From NCBI RefSeq assembly GCF_009834535.1, contig NC_045696.1, positions 107,448,001 through 107,512,000 on the forward strand: a stretch of 64,000 bases of DNA, read 5' to 3'. Shown here piece by piece: positions 13,163-27,084 of the stretch (positions within the stretch are counted from its first letter, which is position 1; each line of letters starts with the position of its first letter). The notes under the pieces were generated by a model that did no database searches, was not told the DNA's origin, and saw nothing but the letters and a program-made list of their open reading frames with translations. The position numbers and the translations under genes are program-made. This DNA is from Camelus ferus (Eukaryota).

Positions 13163-14199
13163 CAAAAGACCTAAATAGACATTTTTCCAAAGAAAGTATA
13201 CATAAATAACCAAAAGCTACATGGAAAGGTACTCAGCATCACTAATCATCAGGGAAATGCATATCAGAGCCATAATGAGATATCATCTCACACCTGTGTT
13301 AGGATATCTTTGACCCAAAAGATAAGATACGTATTTTGGTTGAGGATGTGGACAAGACAGAACCCTTGTGCACTGTTGGTATAAATGTAAACTGGTACAG
13401 CCTCTATGGAAAACACTGTGGAGGTTCTTCAGATAATTAAAAATAAAACTACCATATTATATAGCAATCTTATTTCTGAGTATATATCCAAAAGAACTGT
13501 TGTGCCAAAGAGATAGATGTACTCCCATCCATGTTCATAGCAGCATCATTCACCGTAACCGAGGTCTGGGACACAACCTTAAGTGTTTGCAAACATATGA
13601 ATAAAGAAAACCTGGATGTGTGTGTGTGTGCGCGCGCACGCGTGCACTTACACCTGTTTGTGTGTATGTATGTACACAGATACATTTGCATGCACACACA
13701 CATTGGAGTATTACTTAGTCTTAAAAAAAAAAACAACGGAAATCTTGTTATTTGACAACATGAATTAACCTGGAGGGCATTATGCTAAGTGAAATGAGCC
13801 AGACAGAGAAAGACAGGTATCACATGGAATCACTTATACGTGGAATCTTTAAAAAGAAAAAAAAAGGAATTCATAAAAAGAATAGTAGAAAATGGTTGCC
13901 AGGGGCCATGTGGTAGGGGAAGTAGGGAGAGGTTGGTAAAAGCATACGATCTTTGTTATAAATTAATATGGTCTGTGGATCTGATGAGTAATATAGTGAC
14001 TGTAGTTAATATCACTGTTTTGTATAACTGGAATTTGCTAAGAGAGTAGAACTTAAATATTTGGACCAAAAAAAAGTAAGTATGTGAGGTGATATTAATT
14101 AACTCAGTTGGGGAAGCCCTTCACAGTGTCTCTGTATGTCAAATCATCACATTGTAAATATCTTAGAATTTTGTCAATTAAACCTCAGTAAAGCTGAAA
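13163..14199 (+). mobile_element. 5'-truncated L1 3' end terminating ~37 nt upstream of the STAG1 exon-2 acceptor
   Basis: aagacctaaatagacatttttccaaagaa...actaatcatcagggaaatgca (ORF2 end); 3'UTR ending tgtcaattaaacctcagtaaagctgaaaa; TSD aaaataatttt at 13146-13156 / 14200-14210. Confidence 0.85.
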
Positions 14200-14237
14200 A
14201 AAATAATTTTTTTCTTTCTTTTTTTTTTAATTAACAG

Positions 14238-14349
14238 GATTGCCGTAGAGGTTTTTTACAAAGTTTTGAGTTGTACAGCACTTGATTCTTTTGCTCCATA
14301 GTGGAAAGACCTTTACAGCAATGATTACTTCAGAGTTACCAGTGCTACA
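14238..14349 (+). CDS. STAG1: STAG1 first coding exon (exon 2): 83-nt 5'UTR part, then CDS 14321-14349 encoding MITSELPVL(Q)
   Basis: Poly-T tract and ttaacAG acceptor (14236-14237); ATG ATT ACT TCA GAG TTA CCA GTG CTA CA; GTAAGT donor at 14350. Peptide matches the known STAG1 N-terminus. Confidence 0.97.
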
Positions 14350-14564
14350 GTAAGTATTATTACAGCTTTTTAAAAAATATGTATAATACTTTTCTACATC
14401 CAATTTGTCTCATTAATGAGACACATCAAATATGTTCTTTGATATTGGGCAATGTGTTTAAAATCAAGGAACTAGAGTGTGTAATTACCTTGTTCATTGC
14501 TATTGTAATATCAGTATGTTCTGTGTTACTAAACAAAAAAAAAAAACATGTTACTGTCTTATAT

Positions 14565-14894
14565 GAGGTATCAACAAACTATGACCATGGACCAAATCTG
14601 GCATGCTATTTTTGTAAATATAGTTTTATTGGAACACTAATGCCTTTGCAGAATATGACCACTTTTGTGCTACAAGTTGTGATAGAGCGAGAGGTAGAAT
14701 ATAGCTCAAGAGGTAAGAGTGCATGCTTAGCATACACAAGGTCCTGAGTTCAATTCTCAGTACCTCTCCTAAAAATAAATAAATAGGTAAGCCCCTCCCC
14801 CCTCCAAAAAAAAAGCTATGATAGAGAAATGAGTTGCCTGCAGAGCATAAATATTTCATTTGGCTATTTACCAAAAAAGTTTGTAGACATCCCT
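14565..14894 (+). mobile_element. MER58A-like hAT-Charlie MITE interrupted by a SINE
   Basis: caaactatgaccatggaccaaatctggc...tttttgtaaatatagttttattggaacac...aaaaaagtttgtagacatccct resembles the MER58A consensus. Confidence 0.8.
14688..14812 (+). mobile_element. tRNA(Ala)-derived SINE (camelid Vic-1-like)
   Basis: A-box tagctcaagagg, body gtgcatgcttagcatacacaaggtcc, B-box gagttcaattc, A-rich tail; TSD aagttgtgatagag (14674-14687) / aagctatgatagag (14813-14826). Confidence 0.85.
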
Positions 14895-16399
14895 ATCCTG
14901 TATCACACTGTGCGTCTAACCTCCTCACACCCATGCTGAGCTGCTTTTCTCTGAGACTGAGATTGTGGTTAGTGGTTGTGGTTGGCATTTCTGGTGGCAT
15001 CTCATTAGATCTGTTGGCATTGTAGGACACATCTAGAATTTAATATTGAATTTGGTCTTATTTTGGATTCTTGGGAAAGCGTACTCCAAGATACTTTTTC
15101 TTTAATAGGTGTTATTTAAATACAAATTAGGAATCTGCCTTCTGTGATCCTGTATGATAACAATGCTTTAGATATAATGAAAATGACCAACAGTTTATAT
15201 AGTTATTTATATATTCTTATAGTCCCAGTTCATTTATATTAGTTTTTTCCAAGAGACTGTAGTCGCCTTCCAACTGATATCCTGGCCTTCTGTTTTTCCT
15301 TCAGAACTCTAAGGCAAAAATCTGTCCAAATTACTTCACCTGCTGAAAACTGTCAATACCTACCTTCCTCTTTTTGTTCAAATATAGGAGGTACAATTCA
15401 AACTCTTTCTATTTACTTACTTCAAGTCTCTTTATTACTCCTTAACTTGAACATAATACTTAGTTTGGAGGTCTCTGTATAGTATTTTTCTTTGTACTTT
15501 TGTTTTTCTTCATTCTGCTTGCAATGCCTGCGTGCCTCTTTCCTTACCTGGCCAACTCAGTAGTCCTGTGGGTGTTAGCTGAGATATGCCTCCAACAAAG
15601 CCCCACTGACTCCTCAAAATTGGGTAGGTTCCTGTCATACTTTTCCCTTTTAATATAGCACCATGCTTAACATATTTTACAATCCTTTCTTACTGTTTTT
15701 CCCTTTGTGCCTTATGTATGTATGGCCAGCTCCTAGCACATTGCTGGGTATTAGGGAGACCCGTAGTAAATACTCTTTGATTAAATATGAAACATAGGTT
15801 GTAGTTAACTGGATTGTATTTAAATAGAGATTGCATGGATAGGATATTTAATGTCATGTTTTGTGGATAACGGAATTTTTTTCATAAAAATGTAAACATA
15901 CAATATGGTAGTGGATAGTAGCAATCTGTGAGGTGGGTAAATGAAATTTGCTTTCAGTCTGTGAGCTGGAGATAGTAGTCTTGGTCAAGTTGAAATCTAA
16001 GAAGAATTTATTGAAGACATACAGTTTTCTGAGGATTTTGCCAGGTGCATTAGCAGCATATATTATCTTGCTTAATCTGCTCATCCACCAATACCATATC
16101 TACATTGTAGGTGAAAGGAAATGTGGTATGTCTCTTAGTATTTGTAAACTTCAGTTTCTGTCATTTGTAAAGTGAAGATAATATATTAGAAATTAATTCT
16201 AAAGTCTCTTCAGAAACAAACAAATCTTTTGATTTAGCAGTTGTTAATGTTCAATTCAGTAATGGTTTTTGTAATGGAGACATTAGACATTATGTCTTGC
16301 CTTGTTTAGTTATTATTAGCAGAATTTTATCACCTTAGTGCTGTTTACTATTAATCATCATCAAATATTATCAATTTTAATATTATCATATTTATATAT

Positions 16400-17125
16400 T
16401 CCACCAAATATTGTAGTACAAGGAACTGGGGAGCAAAAGCAAGTGGAAGAGACTCAGTCCTTGTGGCCATGAACTTATATAGATAGAAACTAATCAACTA
16501 ATGGCAAATAAGTCGATGTAAACTGCCATCAGTGCTATGAAGGTAAACTAGAGGATTTTATGAGAATTTTAACACATGCCTTGATTTAGTCTACTTTTCT
16601 AAGGAAGAGATGTGGATCTTAAATCTGAAGTGGAGGGAATCTGGGGAGGAGAAGAAGGGATCTCAGGGTATTAATTCCAGATTGAAGGAATGGCATGTGC
16701 AAAGAACCCAAGGTAGGAGGAATCATGGCATGTTTGAGGGACTGAAGTAAAGCTGTTATTTTTCTATTTTCAGGATTGAAGATGGAGAGGAGGGTGAGAT
16801 AAGGCTTATGAGTAGAGTGGGGCTGTATGATTTAAGGACCTGCTAACTTATATTAAGAGTTTTGAGGTGTTGTTTTAATTTTTTTTTTTCCCTTGAAGCA
16901 GGAGGAAGCCACTGTAGGGTTTTAACTGTGGGGGAGAAGTAATAAGATATATAGTTAGAAAATCAGTCTTAGTGCAGTATAGTGATTAGATTGGAAGGGC
17001 AACTGAAGAAGCAGGGAGTCCTATTAGTAAGAAGGTGTTGTAGTATCTAGGCCAGAGATGGTGATAACTTGATAACTTGAACTAATAGAGTGATTATAGA
17101 GGCAGACAGAATTTAGACAGTTTTA
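16400..17125. mobile_element. Ancient L2 fragment
   Basis: Purine-rich degenerate L2-like motifs (ggcatgtgcaaagaaccc, ggcatgtttgagggactg, gaagccactg, ctaggccagagatggtg). Confidence 0.6.
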
Positions 17126-17469
17126 GAGAGCAAAAGAATCATTTTATAAGATCTGATTTGATTCTTCACTTATGTCCAATAGTCTTATAAATGTAGACAC
17201 TAGCCATGTGCAGGGTTTTTGTAAAGCTGTTGGTTGATGTTTGAATTTGCATATGCCTTGACTCAGCATTCTGTGTATTCTAGAGAGAGAGATTTGTTGA
17301 TGTGTAGTAAAAGTTAATGTACAAGGACAATTGTTTCAGCTCTGTTTGTAGTAGTTCAAAACTAAGACAATCTAAGTGCTCATATATAGGGAAATAGTTA
17401 CATAAATTTTGTACATATTATGGAGTACCATTCGGGAATCCTATGTATTTGTATGGCAAATTCCTATTA

Positions 17470-18235
17470 ATTTCAATTTTAAAAATTAAAATATAGATAT
17501 GTCCTAATTATGTTATGTTACTATTTTCAACACTCTTGAGGTTCTCATTTATACCGATTGTATCTGTATGGTGGAAATACTTTTAAATAATGTGCTAATT
17601 ATTACTGTTAATTATTTCTCAACTCTGTGTTTGGTGATGTCCTGTTCGTAATTTGAATTTGGCTGTGGTGGGAGTATTCACATTATGCAAATCAGCAAGC
17701 ACTACAAATCAGGGCTTAATTTATTGTTTTGTTATTTGTCTGTGTACTCAGTAAAGTGGTACAGAAATTGTTAATGCTGATTAAATGTGTATCAGGTCTG
17801 TACTCATATTATGATACCACAAAAAATTAAAGAAGTGTTCTTCTAGTGTTCAAGAACTATTATGTATCCAATTCAGTAAAGAAGTTGCTTACACCATTTA
17901 CCAGTGAAGTCAAGTTCCAACAAATGTCTTTGTCATTTCAGTTGCATTCTGTTCATTAACATGAACAAAGGTATCAACTGCCTTTCATGTCAAAACTCTT
18001 ACTTGTTCATCAGCTGCCAAAACAGGTTAGCTATGGATACAAGAGTTTGGCAAAATCATCAAAATCGTTTTATATGAATTAATTAGCTGTGTAGAGTTTA
18101 CAATAAAGAATAATATTTATTTTATTATTATTTGTGAGTTGTGTACTATGCATCCTTTTTATTGGTAACATTTCTAGTAATTTATGTGCATATATTTTTT
18201 TAAGGAGCCAGTTGTTAAACATTTACTAGCACATT
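17470..18235 (+). mobile_element. MER63-like (hAT-Blackjack) DNA transposon remnant
   Basis: gattgtatctgtatggtggaaatac, cactacaaatcagggctt and terminal ggagccagttgttaaacatttactagcaca resemble MER63; boundaries approximate. Confidence 0.65.
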
Positions 18236-18317
18236 TTCATTATTGTATAAAATGAATAAAATTCCTCCTAAGCCCTTATCTTTTTATATTGAAGAATTAG
18301 TTTGTTTACTAAAATAA

Positions 18318-18467
<150 letters not shown>

Positions 18468-18723
18468 TAATGGTTACCAAGTAAAGGGGCTTGATATGAG
18501 CTGTTTGTTAGTTCTAGTATTATTAACATTTTAAAAAAATCTCCCTGACACATTAGAAATTCTTGGAAACCTTGCTTGGAAGTGGTCAGAAAAAGGAGAT
18601 TAATTGCAGTTTCTTTTTTACTTTCTATTTTTCTCTTGTAAATGAATAGTGGTCCATGTGAAGACAGAAGATAATCAATGTGGAATGAGCTGTGTGTGGG
18701 TAGTTATGATTTCCCTACTTTTT

Positions 18724-18831
18724 TTTAAAATTTTTATATTTTTGAAGTATAGTCCGTTACAATGTGTTGATCTCTGGTGTGCAGCACAGTGTCCCAGTCA
18801 TGCATATACATACATATATTTGTTTTCATGT
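18724..18831 (-). mobile_element. Very short (~110 bp) L1 3'-terminal insertion
   Basis: tgaagtatagtccgttacaatgtg...ctggtgtgcagcacagtgtcccagtcatgcatatacata matches the L1 3' end at ~10420-10510; TSD tttccctacttttt (18710-18723) / tttccctgcttttt (18832-18845). Confidence 0.85.
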
Positions 18832-21269
18832 TTTCCCTGCTTTTTATTTTTAGCTGCAACTCTGATTTCTTATGAGCTCCTGAGTGTGCATTTTGGTGGT
18901 ATTTGGGTCCAGTCTCAGATGATACTCTCATTGATACATGGTAAAGAAGTTTAGAAGAGCACTAGGTATCCTTACTTTGAGGGATATCTTTATGTGTTCT
19001 GAGTACAGCAGTCATCATTTAACTGAAGGTGGCATAAACTGTTAGAGACAGCAGTATCCATGTGGCAGTGGGTTAAGGCTTGTATTGTTTTACATCACTT
19101 ACCTTTATGATGTGATTGGCTATTAGCAGTTTCAAAATTTTATTTTATAAGAGTTCTGATTATGGAAAATTTTAGCCTTCTTTTATAGGAGACATAATAG
19201 TATAATAAACCCTCTATATACCCAGCTACAGCAGTTTTCAAGTAATGGCCAGTCTTGTTTAATCTGTCCACCGCATTCTTTCTTTCCCGTGTTACATTTG
19301 AAGGTCATTCTAGACTTCATTCCATCTTTAAATATTTCACAATGTATCTCTAAAAGATAAGGGCTTGCTCTCTCTCTTTTAAACATCACCCCAATATCAT
19401 TATCATATTGCAAGATAACAGTATTTTATTAACATCACCAAATAACAAATTTAAAGTTTATAATCATTTTATAAATACTCTCATCTAATAAAGGTAATTT
19501 GTTGATTTGAATCATGATCTACCTATTGCGATTGATGTCTGTCTTATTTAACCAGTTATTATGTATGTGTCCTTTTTAGTGACTTAAAATTTTTTTTGTG
19601 TTATTGCTGTTTCATCAATATTTATCTGTTTGCCACAATTTTTAATTAGCTTCAATGAAACTTCATACCTTTTACTTTTCTAGGACGATCTAATAACAAC
19701 AAAACAAGGGATAGTAGGATGACTTCCAGTTTTCTCTATACTTGCTTTTATCCTCCACATTTACTTAAAAGGAAAAAAATTGTGGAGGAAAAGACACGTA
19801 TTATAATCACTCTTTATAATCCTTCTCAATTTAGTAGAAGTGTTTGGTGGTACCATGTTCCTTACAGAAACATTTTGGGAAAAATGAAGCGTCTTGCACT
19901 TAGAAGCTGGGGACTATTATAGTTCCCCTTACTGTTGTTACAATTTTTCTAATACTGTAGGCAAGTTACATTGCTTTCTGTAGAATTCATAGGTTATAGG
20001 TACACAATTGGAAATAAGACTAAACTTGCTTGAAGTTAGTAGGGTAAACTGCCTACATGGTTGCTTACTTGAATTTGTTTCCCTCTAATTAAAACTCTTA
20101 AAGATTCAGACTAAGAGCTATCTTCTTCAAGAAAGCTCTTGTTTCTTCCCCCACACCCTCCGCCCTAAAGAGAATTTATCACCCTCTACAGGCTATTGTA
20201 TTATTCTTTAGAATCTAATTTTGCGGTGTCTACAGCTCCATCCATGTAATATTTTGCTTTCCTTGGTGCAAAGTAGTCTATATCCTTTTGCGTATCCAAA
20301 TGCTTAACTCCTGTGGTTGGAAATACTATATTTTTAGCGAAATTGCTACTACATAATCTAGCAGGTAAATAGTGCATGTTCATCCCATGTTTATAAAATT
20401 GAAAGAATGTCACCCAAGGTAGGATAGTAGTATTGTAGAGATTTGTGTTAGACTTTAGTCCATATTTTCACACTCATTAGTTCACATGGCTGTCTATTCT
20501 TCCACATGACTCAGGCCTATTTCTTGATCTTGGAAACAGAACTTCCTGAGTTTCTACTCTGGGCTATGCACTGAGCTGGTGCTTTTTATGTCATTTGATA
20601 CTCACACCAGTACTGTGAAATAGGTCTTATATGCAGTTTACAAAGTGGAAAACAAAAATAGAAAGTGGTATTTTTGCCCAAAGTCATAATATCACATAAG
20701 TAACACCTGGGATTTGAATTCATAGCCTAACTCCCTAACTCTTTTCTCTTAAGAATGCCAAAATGCCAAGCTGTTAATTAATATTGAGAGGTATAATTGT
20801 CAGAATGATCAGATTTCAGTTTAAGCCATAGTACCTGTTCTGAAGATTCCTTGGACATTTTCTGTCAACTGGCTCCATTTTGAACAATTCCAAGTTTCAA
20901 TTGACACACTCTTTGTTCAGCTATTTTAATACTTTTGGTACTTTTTAAGAGGACTTCATGGACCGTTGGTTTTATTAATTTACTTAGTCAAAACATATAG
21001 TATGAGGATGTCTGTGTTGGACATTATTGTTTTTCTTATTTCTAAATTCTCAGGAAACATCTCATTTTTTTGGTATTCCTTCTCAGTATACAATTATTTC
21101 AGAGACTTCTGTTTCTTATTAAAGCACTCTTATTTTGCAGATGTCCTAATTCATATTTGTTATTATTATAATAGTTCTATACCCAAATGATTAATAATTC
21201 TCTAAATAAACACTATAGATTGTCATGTTTATTTGAACTCTGTGATTGTATTAGCAAATAATGGGCATG

Positions 21270-21815
21270 ATTTTCTCTGTCTACACAATACTCCCTTGGT
21301 GATCATGTCCAGGTTCATGACTTTAAATACCATCTCTAAGCTTATGTCACCCAGATTTATGTGTCCAGCCTGGACTTTACCCCTGGACTCCAGACTCATA
21401 TCCAGGTGCCCACTGAGAATCTTCATTTAGATATTTAATGGGCTCAAGGTGGTTTTTTGTTTTTTGGTTAAAAAAAAAAAAAAACACTTTCAAGCTTCCT
21501 ATTGCCTGCTCACGTCTTTTCTGTAGTGGCAACTTCATATCTCTGGTTGCTCAGGCTATAAACTTTGCAGTTATTCTTCAGTCTTTCTCAGCCTTTGTCT
21601 GGACTATGACCGAATTCTGCTGATTGATTTGCAAATTGCGTCAGTTTTCTACTACAACACTGGATTAAGCCACCATCACATATTTTTGCTGAAACCTGTC
21701 AGATGTGTTTCTTGTCTCAGGGCCCTGTGTTATCTTCTCATTGGGGCCTTCCTTAAGGATGGTATCTAGAACTGCAAATATTTCATCCTTCACAAGGAGA
21801 CTTACTATCCCCATA

Positions 21816-21858
<43 letters not shown>

Positions 21859-22040
21859 CCCCTTTCTTCACAGCACTTACTGGCGTCTAGCATAGTATAC
21901 ACTTTTTATTTACTTTTTGTCTATCTTCCCCTGCTGGAAGGTAAGCTGTACGAAGACAGGGATTTTTATCTGTTTTGTTTTCTGCCATATACCGAGTGTT
22001 TGACTTTCAGTAAGGGTTTATTGAATAATAAATGAATGGT
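21270..22040. mobile_element. Ancient L2 fragment containing a (GT)n microsatellite
   Basis: ccagatttatgtgtccagcctggac...ctccagactcatatccaggtgcc...; ends aaatgaatg, as in the L2 3' terminus. Confidence 0.65.
21820..21857. repeat. (GT)n microsatellite
   Basis: Directly visible. Confidence 0.95.
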
Positions 22041-24166
22041 TTTTAATTTTATTTAATCATTCATTTTTTTAAGTGTTTAAATTTGTTTTTATTTTAAAAT
22101 AATTTCAGACACAGAAGAGTTTCAAGAATTCTACAGAGAATTCTTACGCAGATTCTTCATGCAGATTGTCAAAATGTTAATCAATTTGCTTTATCATATT
22201 TTTTCTCTCTGTATATACAGAGACACATATAAGTGTAAATATAAATTTATATATATAAATCTGTATCATATACCAATAATTACTTTTTAACTCTTTGAGA
22301 GTAAGTTGCAAATGTGATGCCGCTTTCCTCCTAATGTTTTAGTATACATTTCCTTAAAATCAAGGATATTCTCCTATACAACCACAGAACAAGTTTGAAA
22401 ATCAGGAAAATATTGTTATAATACTGATCTTATCTACATATACTTCATTCAGATTTTGCCCAATGTCTTAATAATGCCCTAAGTAAAAGAAAAAAAATTT
22501 TTTTTTTCGTGGTTCAGAATCTAGTCCCAGATGTCATGTTGCTTTCAGTTGTCATGTAAATCAGCACATCAGTAACCTAACCTGTCTTGAGTCTATGATT
22601 TAATGTTTTATTAGGGATTTTGGTCTTTTTGTTTGATTTAAGTGAGAACCAACACTTTCGTTCTAAACATTGTTTAACTTTTATATTTGCCTAGACTGAA
22701 TAGGAGAAGTATATAAAAGGAAACACAATTTTTACTTTTGTGTATACATACACATAGAAAGAAGATGGAGCGTAGCATACACAATAAAGTATTAACAGTG
22801 ACTGTTAGAAGGAGAGATTACCAGGTGAATTTATTTATAAAAATTGGATATTCTAAATTATTTGATACTTTTGTTTAGAATATTATAAATTTCATGATAT
22901 CAGTTACATACTTTACATAATTTAATGGCTGCATAGTATTCTGTATTGAATTATTTAATTTATTTAATTAGTCCCCTATTGTTTACCATTTATGTTAAAA
23001 TTTTTTCAAAATCATGCTGACATAAACTATCTCACAAATATATTTTACTCTAGAGCCATAGATGTTTTTTACAGTACATTCTTATAAGTAGAGTTGTTTA
23101 GTCAAAAGATATGCCATATGTTTTGAAAGTTTTTGATGTGTATTATCGATTTACCTTTCACAAAGCAAAATAAATGGTGTTACCCATCTTACTGTTGCGT
23201 TGCATGTACTAATTGTTAAATCTTTTCTAATTTTTAAGTGCTGTAACATTTCATCAATATATTCTGAAATATTGGTCATTTGTTTCTTTTCTGAATTGCC
23301 TATTCATCATTACCACTTTTTCTATTTCTATTTTTCTAAGAAACAAAAATCTCTTTTTGAAATAATTTTTGTAGCTTAAGTCCACATGCTTTTAGAAATG
23401 TGTTTATCAGTTGGATTTCTATCTCTTCTTCTTTCTCAAACCAGCTTTGTTGTCTTATTTTGAAAATTTTTCAGTTAACTTTTCTTCTACAGACTAGCTT
23501 TTAGTTCTGAATTCCTTAATCCTACCATAATTTTTCCAGGAATATACAGTTAAAACATGTCACCGTTTAGTTTCCTCATCACAAGTCCCTTTCCCTCTCT
23601 CCTATATCTAATGAGATTCCAAATCTCATGAATTTTTATTTCACTGTGTCTTGTACATCTGTCCCTTCTTTTACATTTCCCAAATTCCTTTCTTTAAGCC
23701 TTGCTTTGTAGGAGTGTGTACTGTTTATCTTCCTGTCTTTTTAGTCTTTTCCCTTTTATATACTATCCTTTTTAATACTGCCAGGTTGACCTTTTTAAAA
23801 CTTGTTCAAATAGCAAGAAGCACCTTTTTCTTATGCGATGTGTTCTTCCTAGAATTTTTTTGTGTTTCCCTATTCAGAACCTTTCATTCAGTCAGATATA
23901 TCTCTTATCTTTCTGTATGTGGCTTATATTTTCCCACGTCTACCCCTTAGCTCATGGTGTTTTTTTTTTTTTTTTTTTTCTGGAATCCTTGTTTCCTAAA
24001 TTGTATTTTTGCTAATCTTACTAGTTTCACTAATCTTACATAATTCGTTAAGTCCCAACTTGCAGCTCATCTCTTTAGTGAAACCTTCCCTGGTTACCAG
24101 TCACTGAAAATTTTCTTTCCCTTCATAGAACTCTTCCAACACTTATCTTTTTTCAAATTCACTTTC

Positions 24167-26110
24167 ACTTTTTTTAATTAAAGGTTATTATAAGATTTTG
24201 AATATAGTTCCATGTGCTATACAGAAGAAACTTTTTAAAAATTATTTTTATATATAGTGGCTAACATTTGTAAATCTCAAACTCCCAAATTTATCCCTTC
24301 CCATGCCCTTTCCCCAGTAACCATAAGATTGTTTACTATGTGTGCGAGTCAGTTTCTGTTTTGTAGATGAGGTCAGTGTCCTTTGTTGTTGTTGTTTTTA
24401 AAGATTCCACATATTGAGTGATATCATTTGGTATTTTTCTTTCGCTTTCTGGCTTGCTTCACTTCAAATGACGATCTCTAGGTCCATCCATGTTGTTGCA
24501 AATGACATTATTTTATTCTTTTTATGGCTGAGTAGTATTCCATTGTATAAATGTACCACAACTTCTTTACCCAGTCATCTGTCAATGGACATTTAGGTTG
24601 CTTCCATGTCTTGGCTATTGTAAATAGTGCTGCTATGAACATTGGGGTGCATGTGTCTTTTCGAATTAGAGTTCCCTTCGAATATATACCCAGAAGTGGG
24701 ATTGCTGGATCATATGGTAGGTCTATTTTCAGTTTTTTGAGGAATCTCCATACTGTTGCCCATAATGGCTGCACCAAACTACATTCCCACCAACAGTGTA
24801 GGAGGGTTCCCTTTTCTCCACACCCTCTACAGCATTTATTGTTCATTGAATGATGGCCAATCTGACTGGTGTGAGATGATACCTCACTGTAGTTTTGATT
24901 TGCATTTCTCTGATAATTAGTGATATTGAGCATTTTTTCATCTGCCTATTGGCCATTTGTATGTCTTCATTAGAGAATTGCTTGTTTAGATCTTCTGCCC
25001 ATTTTTGGATTGGGTTTTTTTGTTTTTTTGTTTTTTGTATTTTTTGTCATTAAGCTGTATGAGCTGTTTATATATTCTGGAAATTAAGCCCTTGTCAGTC
25101 TCATCATTTGCAAATATTTTGTCCCACTCTGTAGGTTGTCGTTTTGTTTTGCTTATGGTTTCTTTTGCTCTGCAAAAGCTTCTAAGTTTAATTAGGTCCT
25201 GTTTGTTTATTTTTTCTCTTATTTCTGTTGCCTGGGTAGACTGCCCTAGGAGAGCATTGCTAAGATTTATGTTAAAGAATGTTTTGCCTATGTTTTCTTC
25301 TAGGAGATTTATTGTGTCTTGTCTTATATTTAAGTCTTTAAGCCATTTTGAGTTGATTTTTGTGTATGGGGTGAGGGAGTGTTCTCACTTCATTGATTTA
25401 CATGCTGCTATCCAGTTTTCCCAACATCACTTGCTAAAGGAACTGTCTTCTCCATTGTATATTCATGCCTTCTTTGCCGAAGGTTAATTGACCATAGGTC
25501 AGTGGGTTTATTTTGTGCTCTCTATTCAGTTCTATTGATCCATATGTCTGTTTTAGTGCCAGTACCACACTATTTTGATGACTGTAGCTCTGTATTATTG
25601 TCTGAAGTCCAGGAGGGTTATTCCTCCAGCTTTGTTGTTTTTCTTCAATATTGCTTTGGCAATTCTGGGCCTTTTGTGATTCTATATAAATTTTAGGATT
25701 GTTTGTTCTAGTTCTGTGGAAAATGTCCTGGGTAATTCTTGTCAAAGATTATTTAACCTTATATATGAGAGTTAATTTCTGTGTTCTCTATTCTGTTTCT
25801 TTGGTCTGTAAGTTTCTCTTTATACCAGCACCACACTTTTTTGATTACTATAGCTTTGTGGTAAGTTTTGGAATCAAAAATGTGAGTCCTCCAACATTAT
25901 TCTTTTTCCAGGATTATTTTGGCTATTCAAGGTCCTTTGAGATTTCCTATGAATTTTAGAATGGATTTTTCTGTTTCTGCAAAAAGAATCTTTGGGAATT
26001 TGATAGAGATTGTATTGAATCTTTGGAAAGATTGCTTTGGGTAGTATTAGCATTTTAGTGATATTAAGTCTTCCAATCCATGAAATCCTCTCTATGTCTT
26101 CTTTAATTTC
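24167..26110 (-). mobile_element. Younger L1 3' end/ORF2 (~24167-25740) abutting an older L1 ORF2 fragment (~25740-26110)
   Basis: ORF 24508..24933 (-) [14 protein letters not shown]...[13 protein letters not shown]...[17 protein letters not shown] (L1 ORF2 C-terminus); ORF 25874..26239 (-) ISWIGRLNITKMLILPKAI. Confidence 0.9.
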
Positions 26111-26692
26111 TGTCATATGCATTTTTAAAAATATGTTTAAATATCTCTGGAAGGACCTATAAGGAATAATAGTATTGATTGAAAGAACTAGTCTTTTTTT
26201 CTTAAGGCTTGAGGGTAGAGTTGGGCAAGTTTTCACCATGTAACTTTAATTACCTTTTGATTTTCAACCATATGAATATGTTACCTACTCAGTAAAAGAA
26301 ATAACATTTCCCCAATCCCCTTTTCATATATACACTCGCACTCGCACACATACCTTCTATGGGGAAGATACCTATTTCTCCAAAGAGCGCAGAAACAAGA
26401 CTTGTTAGGAGGAAACAGGATCTGTAGTTTATAGTGAAACATGATGAATGCATCAACTTACTATGTTTTCAAGCAAGTTTAAATTGGTCATTGTGGCAGG
26501 ATAGTAGTCTGTAAATAGGGATCTTGTGCAGTAGATGACTAAACAGTAAATGATAGTCTTGCTTGCTGTACTGAAGAGTTTGGACTTTAACTTGGTGGTT
26601 ATGAGGGACATTGATAATCAGAGATCAGATAAACAAGGAAGTGATGGGATTAGGTTTGTAATATAAGGATTTTTGTGGTTATAGTATTAGAA

Positions 26693-26990
26693 TGGCATTG
26701 TCTAACAAATATAATGTAAATTACACCTGTAATTTAATATTTTCCAGTAAGTTACAAGAAATGGATGAAATTAACTTTAATATAATTTATTTGACATAAT
26801 ATACCTAAAATATTATCATTTCATCATGTAATGAATGTATTGATGATACAGTTTTTATGCTGTTTTTCATACTATATCTTCATAATCTTGTGGATATTCT
26901 ACATATTGCACATCAAATTTTTGAATTCCCATATTTTAAATGCTCAATTAGCTACATGAGGCTAGAGGCTACAATGTTGGATAGCACAAG
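26693..26990. mobile_element. MER33/MER3-like hAT-Charlie MITE
   Basis: ggcattgtctaacaaatataatg...tgtaatttaatattttccagta ... tgctcaattagctacatgaggctagaggctacaatgttggatagcaca. Confidence 0.7.
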
Positions 26991-27084
26991 TATGGAGAAT
27001 CAGTCGGTCTGATCAGGAGACAAATTCTCACCAGTAATTCAAACAGAAAAATTTAATTGAAGAATTATTATTTATTAAAAAGTT

